A stretch of DNA of 64,000 bases from an uncultured bacterium (lineage in GTDB: Bacteria > Hydrothermota > UBA3073 > NMUJ01 > CBEVQO01): positions 406,779 through 470,778 of the forward strand of contig CBEVQO010000001.1 of assembly GCA_965552055.1 (NCBI GenBank), written 5' to 3'. Below are positions 8,315-17,365 of the stretch, piece after piece; position 1 is the stretch's first letter, and each line of letters begins with the position of its first letter. Both the position numbers and the translations under genes were made by a program. Under the pieces are notes generated by a model, which did no database searches, was not told where the DNA came from, and saw only the letters and a list, made by a program, of their open reading frames with translations.

Positions 8315-9849
8315 TAGCCAAAATAAATTCAGCAGCGGTTATAGGAATAGATGCTTACAAAGTGGATGTAGAAGTTGATTTATCTCAAGGTTTACCCCAA
8401 TACCTTACCGTAGGACTTCCAGATAGTGCAGTTAAAGAATCAAGAGACAGGGTAGAGAAAGCGATAAAAAATTCTGGTTTTTCCTATCCTCTAAAAAAGA
8501 TTACGATAAATTTAGCACCTGCTGATATCAGGAAAGAAGGCTCTGCTTTTGATTTACCAATAGCCATTGGAATTTTAACCGCTCAGGGGCTTATAAATCC
8601 CGAAAATTTAAAGGATAAAATAATCGTAGGTGAATTATCACTCGATGGAAGTGTAAGAAAAGTAAAAGGAGTTTTACCTATTTCAATTTTTGCAAAAGAA
8701 AAAGGATTTAAAGGCTTAATTGTTCCTGATGAAAACAAAAAAGAGGCAGCAGTTGTTGAAGGAATTGATGTTTATCCTGTGTCTTCGCTTGAACAAACAG
8801 TTAAATTTTTAAATGATGAAATAGAAATTGATAAATTTACCGTTGACAAAGAAGAAATTTTCAAATCATCTCAGGAATATGGTGTTGATTTCTCGGAAGT
8901 TAAAGGTCAAGAGAGTGCTAAGCGTGCAATTGAGGTAGCGTGTGCAGGAGGGCATAACATTTTGATGATAGGACCGCCAGGTGCAGGTAAAACGATGCTC
9001 GCAAGAAGGATACCTACAATCTTACCGCAAATGACCCTTGAAGAAGCACTTGAAACAACAAAAATTCACAGTGTTGCAGGCTTTCTGCATGGTGATATGC
9101 CGATAGTAGCTGTTAGACCATTCAGAGCACCACATCACACAATCTCTGATGCAGGTCTTATAGGTGGAGGTTCTTATCCCCGACCAGGTGAAGTAAGTCT
9201 GGCTCATAATGGTGTTCTTTTCCTTGATGAATTTCCTGAATTTTCAAGAAGAGCGCTTGAAGTTTTGCGTCAACCTCTGGAAGATGGTTTTGTGACGATT
9301 TCAAGAGCAAGTATGTCTTTAACTTTTCCAGCACGATTTATGCTTGTAGCTGCAATGAACCCCTGTCCTTGCGGATATTATGGCGACCCGCATCACAACT
9401 GCACCTGTACCCCTCAAATGATTCAGAGATATGTTTCAAAAATATCAGGACCTCTACTCGACAGAATCGACATCCATATAGAAGTGCCTGCACTATCTTA
9501 TAAAGAACTTGCAGAAAAAAGAGAAGGAGAACCATCGGCAAAAATTAGAGAAAGAGTAGAAAAAGCAAGAAAAATACAACTTGATAGATACAAGGGTATA
9601 GAAGGCATTTATTGTAACGCACAATTAGATTCAAAATTGATAAAAGAATTTTGTAAGTTATCGAAAGAATGTGAAAATTTACTTTCTACTGCGATAGATA
9701 AATTTGGTTTATCAGCGCGTGCACATGATAGAATCCTGAAAGTAGCCAGAACAATAGCGGATTTAGAAGGCGAAAAGGAAATTGCTCCGCATCATATAGC
9801 TGAAGCAATTCAATATCGCACACTCGATAGAAAATACTGGATGTTTTAA
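8311..9849 (+). CDS. comM: YifB/ComM family Mg-chelatase-like AAA+ ATPase
   Basis: N-terminal Lon-protease-like domain and AAA+ core ([13 protein letters not shown]); [13 protein letters not shown] and the C-terminal ChlI-like region are present. GTGA overlap with mvhD. Confidence 0.9.
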   Translation: MIAKINSAAVIGIDAYKVDVEVDLSQGLPQYLTVGLPDSAVKESRDRVEKAIKNSGFSYPLKKITINLAPADIRKEGSAFDLPIAIGILTAQGLINPENLKDKIIVGELSLDGSVRKVKGVLPISIFAKEKGFKGLIVPDENKKEAAVVEGIDVYPVSSLEQTVKFLNDEIEIDKFTVDKEEIFKSSQEYGVDFSEVKGQESAKRAIEVACAGGHNILMIGPPGAGKTMLARRIPTILPQMTLEEALETTKIHSVAGFLHGDMPIVAVRPFRAPHHTISDAGLIGGGSYPRPGEVSLAHNGVLFLDEFPEFSRRALEVLRQPLEDGFVTISRASMSLTFPARFMLVAAMNPCPCGYYGDPHHNCTCTPQMIQRYVSKISGPLLDRIDIHIEVPALSYKELAEKREGEPSAKIRERVEKARKIQLDRYKGIEGIYCNAQLDSKLIKEFCKLSKECENLLSTAIDKFGLSARAHDRILKVARTIADLEGEKEIAPHHIAEAIQYRTLDRKYWMF

Positions 9850-10583
9850 CGGCTTAAATAATTTATATCACCATAAATCACAAGTTCAAGTTCGCCTCTA
9901 TATTCTTTTATTCTTCCATAGCATTCAACTTTTTGACCGGGGAAAATTACGAAATGAGGATTAAAGATTACACATTTTATTGTGTTTTCGGGAGTTTTAC
10001 CATCAGCGAGCACAAATATTTTGCCTTTTTTAATATCCCAAACATCTTTAACCCATCCCCTCACCCACACTACTTTACCCAGATATTTTTCGTTTATTTC
10101 CCCTATTTCAGTATATCTTTTATTCAAAAATTTTAATCTGTCAATTGCATTCAAAAGAATTACAGGTTCTCCTGCTTTTATCTGTATTACTCCTGTTACT
10201 TCTACATAATCTCCTTCTCTTGGTACATGCAATCTTTCTGCTATATCGCCGTAAGCACGCACCCTTATTTCGCCCGTACCATCATCAAGTAAAAAAGAAA
10301 TATACCCCTGCTTTATAAAAGGATGACGAATAACTGTGCCCCTAACCCTTACCGTTGCAAAATTCATACCAATGTCAATATCTTTTATTTTTATCAGGTC
10401 AACTTCTTTTACTCTTGCCATGAAATAAATTGCAGCTAAGCCAACTATGGATACACAAATTGAAAGGATTTTTGTCAATCTAACGGATAACCTTTTCTTG
10501 ATTTCAGCACCACAATAAGGGCATTTTTCAAGAGCCCCCACAAATTTGCCACAACTGGGACAATAACTGCCTTTCTCTTCCAT
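9846..10583 (-). CDS. Zinc-ribbon plus TM plus tandem OB-fold protein (hypothetical)
   Basis: N-terminal CPSCGK…CPYCG zinc ribbon, one TM helix, then two OB-fold-like beta-rich domains. Track start 10601 is TTG inside the promoter; the ATG at 10583 ([11 protein letters not shown]) is preferred. Confidence 0.5.
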   Translation of the reverse strand: MEEKGSYCPSCGKFVGALEKCPYCGAEIKKRLSVRLTKILSICVSIVGLAAIYFMARVKEVDLIKIKDIDIGMNFATVRVRGTVIRHPFIKQGYISFLLDDGTGEIRVRAYGDIAERLHVPREGDYVEVTGVIQIKAGEPVILLNAIDRLKFLNKRYTEIGEINEKYLGKVVWVRGWVKDVWDIKKGKIFVLADGKTPENTIKCVIFNPHFVIFPGQKVECYGRIKEYRGELELVIYGDINYLSR

Positions 10584-10591
10584 TTTATAAA

Positions 10592-10618
10592 TTTTATTCA
10601 AAAAAATAATTTGTCAAA
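10592..10618 (-). promoter_or_regulatory. Sigma-70-like promoter (TTGACA-15-TAAAAT) inside the 3' end of the glucokinase gene
   Basis: Minus strand reads ttgacaaattatttttttgaataaaat, followed by ttataaa and ATG. Confidence 0.4.
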
Positions 10619-11557
10619 TTAAAATGCAAAATTATCAAATGTAAGCTTCGCTGCACCAAATAAGCCTGCATCATCTTCGAGTGATGAAATTGTTATCTCC
10701 AAATCTTTACGCATAAGATAAAAAACTCTTTCGTTTATTTCTTTAACCATGCTTTCCCAGAAGAATTCATGTGCACGGGAAATTTTACCACCTATGATTA
10801 TCTGTTCAAGGTCGAGCAAATTCAAAACAATGGATATCCCTATCCCGAGATATCTTCCAAATCTTTCCCATACTTCTTTTGCAAAATTATCACCTGCTTT
10901 TGCATGTAAATAAACTTTTTCGCAGGTTATTTCTTTTTCTTCTCTCAGTGATGTTTTTATCCCCTTTTCAAGTCCTTCTTTTACCCATCTATGTATTGCC
11001 TGTGCTGATGCGTATTGTTCGAGACATCCTCTTGAGCCGCATCCACATTTCACCCCATCTTTTTCAACAGTTATATGACCAAATTCTGAAGCACCACCGT
11101 GAGTACCGCTCCACAATTTACCATCAAGAATAAGCCCTCCTCCCACTCCTGTCCCTAATGTTATGAAAAGAACATTACGCTTACTACGAGCAGAACCCAA
11201 CCATTGCTCACCAACAGCAGCACAATTCGCATCATTCTCAAAAATGAAAGGAAAAGGTAAAATTTTAAATTCCTCCCTTATTTTAAAACCATTTAACTCA
11301 GGAATGTTTGGAGATATTGTCAAAACTCCATTTATTTTATCAATGATGCCAGCAAGCCCTATTCCACATCCCACAATATCATTAAATTCTTTTTTAAAAT
11401 CATTGCAAATCTCATATATCAATTTTACAATTTCTTCTTTTTTTCTTGGAGTCCTAACCTCTTTTCTTTTTAAAATTTTACCACTATAATCAAAGAGTGC
11501 AAATCTTAGATTAGTTCCTCCAAGGTCAATTCCTATTGCTTTTTTATTTTCTCCCAT
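10619..11557 (-). CDS. ROK family glucokinase / sugar kinase
   Basis: IGIDLGGTNLRFAL, the ROK signature CGCGSRGCLEQYAS and GxGxG motifs. Confidence 0.85.
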   Translation of the reverse strand: MGENKKAIGIDLGGTNLRFALFDYSGKILKRKEVRTPRKKEEIVKLIYEICNDFKKEFNDIVGCGIGLAGIIDKINGVLTISPNIPELNGFKIREEFKILPFPFIFENDANCAAVGEQWLGSARSKRNVLFITLGTGVGGGLILDGKLWSGTHGGASEFGHITVEKDGVKCGCGSRGCLEQYASAQAIHRWVKEGLEKGIKTSLREEKEITCEKVYLHAKAGDNFAKEVWERFGRYLGIGISIVLNLLDLEQIIIGGKISRAHEFFWESMVKEINERVFYLMRKDLEITISSLEDDAGLFGAAKLTFDNFAF

Positions 11558-12081
11558 TCTTTTTTTAACTTCTTTTTATTTACCCATTTCTCAATGTGCG
11601 AAAAGTCAAGATTTTTATACAATTCTAATATGCTCTTTATATCTTCAAGATGCCTCGAAGAACCCGTTTCCTTGTAATATTCCAGTTTTTTTATAACCAC
11701 ATCTTCTGGTGAGCAAAAAGATGCTTTTAAATTTTTACTAAAAAATTCTTCGCGCCTGCGGTTAAATTCTTCTTTGCTGAATTCATCTTCTTTAAGCAAA
11801 AAGAAATCTATTTTAACACCAAGAGGTATGTAAATAAGATTGAAATGATGCTTTCTTTTAATAGCGTCTTTTATTTCTTCCGGGTTACAATACCAGTTTT
11901 CATCAAATTTTTTTACAAATTTTTCAACATCCCCTTTCTTTATATCCACTATGATATCCATATCATAGGTCATACGCGGTCGTCCATAAATCGCAACTGC
12001 AACTGAACCGCTGACCATATAAGGTATAGATAAATCGTTGAGAACTTTAATAACATACTCAAATATCTCTCTTTGGTTCAT
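11533..12081 (-). CDS. Nucleotidyltransferase-fold protein (minimal hG[GS]…D.D motif; DUF2204/DUF6036-like)
   Basis: MVSGSVAVAIYGRPRMTYDMDIIV contains the GS-x12-DxD polymerase-beta-like NTase signature; 182 aa; overlaps both neighbouring genes. Confidence 0.55.
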   Translation of the reverse strand: MNQREIFEYVIKVLNDLSIPYMVSGSVAVAIYGRPRMTYDMDIIVDIKKGDVEKFVKKFDENWYCNPEEIKDAIKRKHHFNLIYIPLGVKIDFFLLKEDEFSKEEFNRRREEFFSKNLKASFCSPEDVVIKKLEYYKETGSSRHLEDIKSILELYKNLDFSHIEKWVNKKKLKKEWEKIKKQ

Positions 12082-12310
12082 TCAAAAATTTTTTGGCAAT
12101 TAATCTCTGAATTTCTTCATCCTTTAAGTGCGGATTTTTCCCTTTATAGTAATGATACAAAAGATTTCTAACAAAATCATGTAATTCAAACACTATTTTA
12201 AGCTTTTCATGAGGTTTCAATTTCTTCAATATTTCATTCTGCAAATCTAATCCTTCATCACTATTGCCTTTTTGGGACACACTGTGAGACATTGTCCACA
12301 TCCGATACAT
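12059..12310 (-). CDS. Small hypothetical protein upstream of, and overlapping, the NTase gene
   Basis: 83-aa ORF in the track; its first 22 codons overlap the RnfB-like gene, so a TTG start near 12243 giving about 61 aa is more plausible. No family recognised. Confidence 0.3.
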   Translation of the reverse strand: MYRMWTMSHSVSQKGNSDEGLDLQNEILKKLKPHEKLKIVFELHDFVRNLLYHYYKGKNPHLKDEEIQRLIAKKFLNEPKRDI

Positions 12311-13218
12311 TTTTCTTTTAAAATTTTGTATTTTTCGCCCTCTTTTACTATTGCTTTAAACTGGCATACTTTTACGCATTCACCACAGCCATCGCATAAA
12401 TCGGGATTTATAACGGCTTTTGGACGGCTCTTTACTCTATCCACTATTGCTTTTGTAGGACATTTTGCTACACAAATTCCACAGCCCGTGCATTTTTCAT
12501 AATCAACAACTGCAAGGTTATTTTCGACTTTTATCGCATTTTCGGGACAACTTTTTTCACAGATTTTACATCCGATGCAGGCAACTTCACATGCATCCCT
12601 TGCTTTCTTACCGAAATCAAGTGAAGCACATGCAACAAAAATTTTGGCATCACGGGGTATAAGTTCAATTATGCCTTTGGGACATGTTTTAACGCATACA
12701 CCACAGCCCGTGCATTTCTCCTCGTCAACTTCGGGAAGCCCAGCATCTGTCATATAAATTGCATCAAAAGGACATGCTTTCACACAATCGCCAAATCCTA
12801 AGCATCCGTATTTGCACATTTTATCGCCATCTCCGAGCACCATCATCGAAGCACAACTTTTTACCCCGATATATTCGTATTTGAATTTGGCTTTTTTTAT
12901 CCCGCCTCTACATTTTATTTTTGCCACTTTTGCTTCTACTGTCTTTATTTCTTTACCGAGTTCTTTTGCGAGGGCTTGCGCAACTTCAGGACCACCCGGT
13001 GCACATAGGTTTACATCTGCTTTGCCTTCAAGGAGCGCATGAGCATAACCTTCGCATCCGGGATACCCGCATGCACCGCAGTTAGCACCCGGTAATATTT
13101 CGAGCAAGCGCTTTAGCTTCTCGGGAACTTCTACAGCGAGTTTCCTGTGTATTAAAGTGAGAATCATTGCGAAGAAAAAGCCAAGCCCTCCGAGACCAAG
13201 AAGTGCCTTCCAAATCAT
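12247..13218 (-). CDS. RnfB-like polyferredoxin: N-terminal TM helix, Fe-S cluster domain and multiple 4Fe-4S ferredoxin domains
   Basis: LPGANCGACGYPGCEGYA (RnfB N-terminal Fe-S domain) followed by at least five CxxCxxCxxxCP motifs. Confidence 0.7.
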   Translation of the reverse strand: MIWKALLGLGGLGFFFAMILTLIHRKLAVEVPEKLKRLLEILPGANCGACGYPGCEGYAHALLEGKADVNLCAPGGPEVAQALAKELGKEIKTVEAKVAKIKCRGGIKKAKFKYEYIGVKSCASMMVLGDGDKMCKYGCLGFGDCVKACPFDAIYMTDAGLPEVDEEKCTGCGVCVKTCPKGIIELIPRDAKIFVACASLDFGKKARDACEVACIGCKICEKSCPENAIKVENNLAVVDYEKCTGCGICVAKCPTKAIVDRVKSRPKAVINPDLCDGCGECVKVCQFKAIVKEGEKYKILKEKCIGCGQCLTVCPKKAIVMKD

Positions 13219-13227
13219 CTCCCCCTC

Positions 13228-13581
13228 CTACAAGAAGAATACTTTTATAAGTATCCCGATAATAGCAGCTAAACTCGTAATTAAAAACCATTCAAGGCGT
13301 GCTAAACACCGTTCTATGGAAGTTATTCTCCTATCAATTTCTTTGTGCTTTTCTTCAAGCTGTCTCTGCAAAAGTTTGTGCCTCTCCGTATTATGCTCTT
13401 CTATAAGAATAACTGTATCCTTAATGCTTTTCACCTGTTCTTCTATTCTTATTACTCTGGCTGCAGTCGATTCTTCAAAAATTTCAAATAACTTTTCTCC
13501 TTTTAACATTTCCTTAATTTCTCTTTTTACTGCCTCTTTTACTATTTTTTCAATCTCTTCTTTTGTAAGAATTTCTGCCAT
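13228..13581 (-). CDS. Small coiled-coil protein with a C-terminal TM anchor (hypothetical)
   Basis: 117 aa, a charged helical N-terminal 95 aa, and a C-terminal hydrophobic helix (WFLITSLAAIIGILIKVFFL). Confidence 0.45.
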   Translation of the reverse strand: MAEILTKEEIEKIVKEAVKREIKEMLKGEKLFEIFEESTAARVIRIEEQVKSIKDTVILIEEHNTERHKLLQRQLEEKHKEIDRRITSIERCLARLEWFLITSLAAIIGILIKVFFL

Positions 13582-13596
13582 CTTACCTCCTATATT

Positions 13597-14832
13597 CTAA
13601 AATAAACTCATCTGGGATTTTTTCTCTTCGAGACCTTCCAGCTTTATTCTTATCTCACCATATACTCCGTCATAACCAGGGATAACTTCTACCTTGCCTT
13701 CTCTCGCATTTATAACACATTGCGCTATTTTTTCACTACTCGCATGCTTTATCTCATCAAAAGATAAATTCAACAAAATATCAAACTCGTTACCAAGTTC
13801 ATGTATCATTCTTTTATAATCTCTTTCAACAACAGGTGACTCTTTTGGTCTCCCGGTCGCAAATGCAATGATTTCCCTCAAAGGTATTAAATGCTTATAA
13901 GGAATTGCATTTTCGGGGACAAAACCTTCCTCTCTATCTGCAAGATTATGCACTCTATGTAAAACACCTATTGTTAACCTTTTTCCACATTTCGGGCATA
14001 TACAATTTGTGGCTTCGGCTTCCTTCGGTGATACCCTTATACCGCATTTTCTGTGTCCATCATAATGATATTTGCCTTCTTCTGGGAAGAATTCAACTGT
14101 AAAGCCAAACTTTTCCTTATCTTTATTTTTTATTGCTTTCATTATTTCCCAGTAATTCAATTCGCAATTAAAATAATTTGCTTCTCTGCCTATATTTTGT
14201 GGCGAATGAGCATCGGAGTTAGATATAAGTGCAAACCTATCAAGTGATGATAATCTCCAGTTCATGGGCGGGTCACTTGATAATCCTGTTTCGAGCGCAA
14301 GCACTTTATCTGTATATTCTTCAAAGCATTCATCAATGGAGTCAAATCCGGAATTTGCACCGAAAAGCGAAAACCAGGGCGTCCACACATGAGCAGGTGC
14401 AACATAAACGCCATCAATTTCACTTAATCTTTTAAGCATTACTTTTGAATCAAGAGATAACTGTGGTCTGCCATCGGAAGATAAATCACCATATTCTCTC
14501 AAAATTTTATTGATTTCTTTTACCCTCGCAAAATCAGGTGCAAAAATTATATTGTGAATTTTATAAGTTCTTCCATTTTTTTCGTAAACATTGCTTACTT
14601 CCGCTGTCAGCATATAGTAGACATCTTTATAAATGTAAAGATTTCCATTAACTGGCTGCAATTTTTCTTCAAGTTCTTTTAGCCATTCAGGATGAGTGAA
14701 ATCACCTGTTCCCATGAGTTTTATTCCTTTCATCTTTGCAGCGGTTGATATTCCATCTAAATTCATCTCTTTACTGGTGGCTCTTGAATATTTTGAATGT
14801 ATGTGTAAATCTGCGAAAAAGCCCATTACCAC
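13597..14832 (-). CDS. PHP-domain nuclease of the EndoQ / TIGR00375 family
   Basis: N-terminal ADLHIHSKYSRATS PHP motif, central H/D metal ligands, and a CICPKCGKR…HRVH zinc finger, as in archaeal endonuclease Q and its bacterial homologues. Confidence 0.65.
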   Translation of the reverse strand: MVMGFFADLHIHSKYSRATSKEMNLDGISTAAKMKGIKLMGTGDFTHPEWLKELEEKLQPVNGNLYIYKDVYYMLTAEVSNVYEKNGRTYKIHNIIFAPDFARVKEINKILREYGDLSSDGRPQLSLDSKVMLKRLSEIDGVYVAPAHVWTPWFSLFGANSGFDSIDECFEEYTDKVLALETGLSSDPPMNWRLSSLDRFALISNSDAHSPQNIGREANYFNCELNYWEIMKAIKNKDKEKFGFTVEFFPEEGKYHYDGHRKCGIRVSPKEAEATNCICPKCGKRLTIGVLHRVHNLADREEGFVPENAIPYKHLIPLREIIAFATGRPKESPVVERDYKRMIHELGNEFDILLNLSFDEIKHASSEKIAQCVINAREGKVEVIPGYDGVYGEIRIKLEGLEEKKSQMSLF

Positions 14833-15806
14833 CTCAAAATTACAGACCCCCAGCTGAATCCACCTCCAAATGTGTTTAAAAGCACAATATCACCCCGTTT
14901 TAACCTGCCCTGTTCTACTGCAACATCAAGTGCAATAGGTATTGTAGCAGCAGGCACATTTGCATATTTATCAATAGTAACTACTGTTTTCTCCCATGGT
15001 ATGCCCGTTCTTTTCAATGTCGCCTCAATAATTCTTATATTTGCCTGATGAGGAACATAAAGGTCGATATCATCTGCAGTTAATCCTGCCTTTTTGATGC
15101 ATCTCTCGGCTGATTCAGCCATCCAGCGAACAGCATGTTTAAAAACCTCTCTCCCCTGCATCACAACGGAATGCAATTTTTTGTCAACTGTTTCATGAGA
15201 GGCAGGAAGTTTTGAGCCACCTGCTGGCTGTATCAGAAGGTCACCAACAGTGCCATCTGCTCCCCAATCCCATGCAAGAATATCAGAATCATCATCGGAA
15301 TTTTCAAGGATAGCAACTCCTGCTCCATCACCGAAAAGCACACATGTATTTCTGTCTTCCCAGTTTACAGCACGGGACATGGTTTCTGCACCAGCAAGCA
15401 AAACCCTTTTGCATGCACCCGTTTTCAATAACCCTTGAGCAATTATAAGTCCATAAACAAAGCCAGAACACGCAGCTTCTATGTCAAAAGCAGGGAAGCA
15501 TTTTATATTAAATTTTTTCTGCACCCAGCATGCAGTAGCTGGATACATTGTATCGGGTGTCACTGTCGCAACAATTATACAATCAATATCTTCAGGCTTT
15601 AATCCTGCTTTCTTAAGTGCTTCTTGTGTCGCAAATACAACCATATCGGATGTTGCAAGATTCGGGTCATCAAGGATTCTTCTTTCTTTAATTCCCGTTC
15701 TCGTTGTAATCCATTCGTCAGAGGTATCGACCATCTTTTCGAGGTCAAAATTTGTCAAAACTTTTGGTGGTAAATATCTTCCAGTTGCGACAAACTTTAT
15801 ACCCAT
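14826..15806 (-). CDS. fabH: 3-oxoacyl-ACP synthase III
   Basis: Aligns along its whole length to FabH (active-site Cys in AACSGF, His/Asn motifs, C-terminal GFSWGS). Confidence 0.9.
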   Translation of the reverse strand: MGIKFVATGRYLPPKVLTNFDLEKMVDTSDEWITTRTGIKERRILDDPNLATSDMVVFATQEALKKAGLKPEDIDCIIVATVTPDTMYPATACWVQKKFNIKCFPAFDIEAACSGFVYGLIIAQGLLKTGACKRVLLAGAETMSRAVNWEDRNTCVLFGDGAGVAILENSDDDSDILAWDWGADGTVGDLLIQPAGGSKLPASHETVDKKLHSVVMQGREVFKHAVRWMAESAERCIKKAGLTADDIDLYVPHQANIRIIEATLKRTGIPWEKTVVTIDKYANVPAATIPIALDVAVEQGRLKRGDIVLLNTFGGGFSWGSVILRW

Positions 15807-15807
15807 A

Positions 15808-16149
15808 TCAGCAAGTCAAATGCAAAGCAGCTACTACTTTTTTCTTATCGACAAGTTTATTAAATTCTTCACATGCCAATTTTGTTGGCAATACTTTAAC
15901 TTCTATTCCCCTTTCTCGCAGCACTCTCAAAGTCTCATCTGGCACCCTCATCGCCCCATAAGCACCCGTTCCTATTATCAAAACCTCCGGCTTTTCCTTC
16001 AGAACATCTTCAAGGTCTTCGATGCACAATGAATGCCCTTCTTTTCTCCACCAATCAGGTTTTACTTTGTCAGGAAAGATGATAATATCTGCCCTATAAG
16101 CTTTTCCATTCACTATTATTTCTCCAAAATTATAGCCTTCGATTTTCAT
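15808..16149 (-). CDS. Mth938-like domain protein (DUF498)
   Basis: 113 aa, LIIGTGAYGAMRV…VLPT pattern typical of Mth938-like proteins. Confidence 0.6.
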   Translation of the reverse strand: MKIEGYNFGEIIVNGKAYRADIIIFPDKVKPDWWRKEGHSLCIEDLEDVLKEKPEVLIIGTGAYGAMRVPDETLRVLRERGIEVKVLPTKLACEEFNKLVDKKKVVAALHLTC

Positions 16150-16610
16150 ACCACTCCCATCTTTTCACGGGGCCTGCATAACACAAAAAATAATAATCCA
16201 ATTATGGTTGTGTAAAGAATATTTGGTAGTGATTGATGAACAAACAGGTATGCACTCATTTTTTTGTTTATAAGGAGGTAGTAAACTTCAAAGAGGATTT
16301 CGGTAAAAAATACAATAAGAATGTATGATACTATGTTGTATTTATACATATTTTCCGCAAGTAATGAAAGTCCAAATGCTATCAATGTCAGAAACAATGC
16401 TAAAAAACCCAAACCGGGTGAAAAAAATACATCCATAAAAAGACCTATAAAAAAGCCATAAAATAAACCTGCTTTACCTTTAAAAAAGGAAACAAAAAGC
16501 ACACAGATTAACAGAAGATTCGGAACAAAATTAAATGGTAATTTGGGCAAAATACTTATCTGAATAATCGCAAAAATAAAAGCCAGTAATATGAGATATG
16601 AATTTTTCAT
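16146..16610 (-). CDS. mreD: Rod shape-determining protein MreD
   Basis: Small polytopic membrane protein immediately downstream of mreC with a 4-nt overlap. Confidence 0.6.
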   Translation of the reverse strand: MKNSYLILLAFIFAIIQISILPKLPFNFVPNLLLICVLFVSFFKGKAGLFYGFFIGLFMDVFFSPGLGFLALFLTLIAFGLSLLAENMYKYNIVSYILIVFFTEILFEVYYLLINKKMSAYLFVHQSLPNILYTTIIGLLFFVLCRPREKMGVV

Positions 16611-17365
16611 TTTCTTTTCAATACATATACAAATTTCTGATTCTTTATTCTGTAAAATGGTTCGATTTTGATTATTAATCTCAATTTATCGGGATTTGTA
16701 TCTACCTCTGTTACTTTTCCTATAAGCAGACCTTTTGGGAAAACTTCACCCATTCCCGATGTTATTACAGTATCACCTTTTCTAACATTAGCATCGATCT
16801 CAACATAATCAAGAACCAGTCCAATATCGGGACTATATTTTACAACACCGTTTACTCCCTTTCTTTTAATTGTGGCACTTATTCTGCAAGTATGTCCATA
16901 AATTGTTTCAATCCTTGAATAATGATTCCCGGCGTTTATTACCTTACCATAAACTCCTTTATTGACGGTTACAGGCATTTGATTTTTAACCCCATCTTCT
17001 TTGCCTTTGTTTATAATTGCATAAGCAGGGAACAAGCCCTGAGAAAGCCCTGTTATTTCTGCTGCTATTATTTCATATGAAGGAATTACAGGTAGATTCA
17101 ATAGTTTACGCAAATTCTCGTTCTCATTTTTCAAATTCTGATAGAGCTGAATCTTCATCTCCAGTTCTCCTATCAGTTTTCTTAACTCTTCGTTTTCTTT
17201 CCTAACCTGTGCTAATTCCATCAATCTGTCAACCCAGTTCGTAAGTGGATTTAATACTTCTGTCAGTTTTATATTCATCTTTTTCCCAAATTCTGTTTTT
17301 GATAAAAGCATAAGAATTATGGAAATTAAAATTAATATTATAAATGTGGTATTCCTTTCTGTCAT
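16607..17365 (-). CDS. mreC: Rod shape-determining protein MreC
   Basis: N-terminal TM helix, coiled coil, and C-terminal beta domains with G.V.TSG.G..P.GL.IG.V motifs. Confidence 0.8.
   Translation of the reverse strand: MTERNTTFIILILISIILMLLSKTEFGKKMNIKLTEVLNPLTNWVDRLMELAQVRKENEELRKLIGELEMKIQLYQNLKNENENLRKLLNLPVIPSYEIIAAEITGLSQGLFPAYAIINKGKEDGVKNQMPVTVNKGVYGKVINAGNHYSRIETIYGHTCRISATIKRKGVNGVVKYSPDIGLVLDYVEIDANVRKGDTVITSGMGEVFPKGLLIGKVTEVDTNPDKLRLIIKIEPFYRIKNQKFVYVLKRK

Noticed and set aside
13157-13600. 147-aa plus-strand ORF overlapping the coiled-coil TM gene and the RnfB-like gene start
   Set aside because: Ser/Ile/Leu-rich low-complexity translation antisense to two well-supported minus-strand genes.
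15481-16032. 183-aa plus-strand ORF across fabH and the Mth938-like gene
   Set aside because: Antisense to fabH, whose protein matches FabH end to end; no motifs and no promoter.
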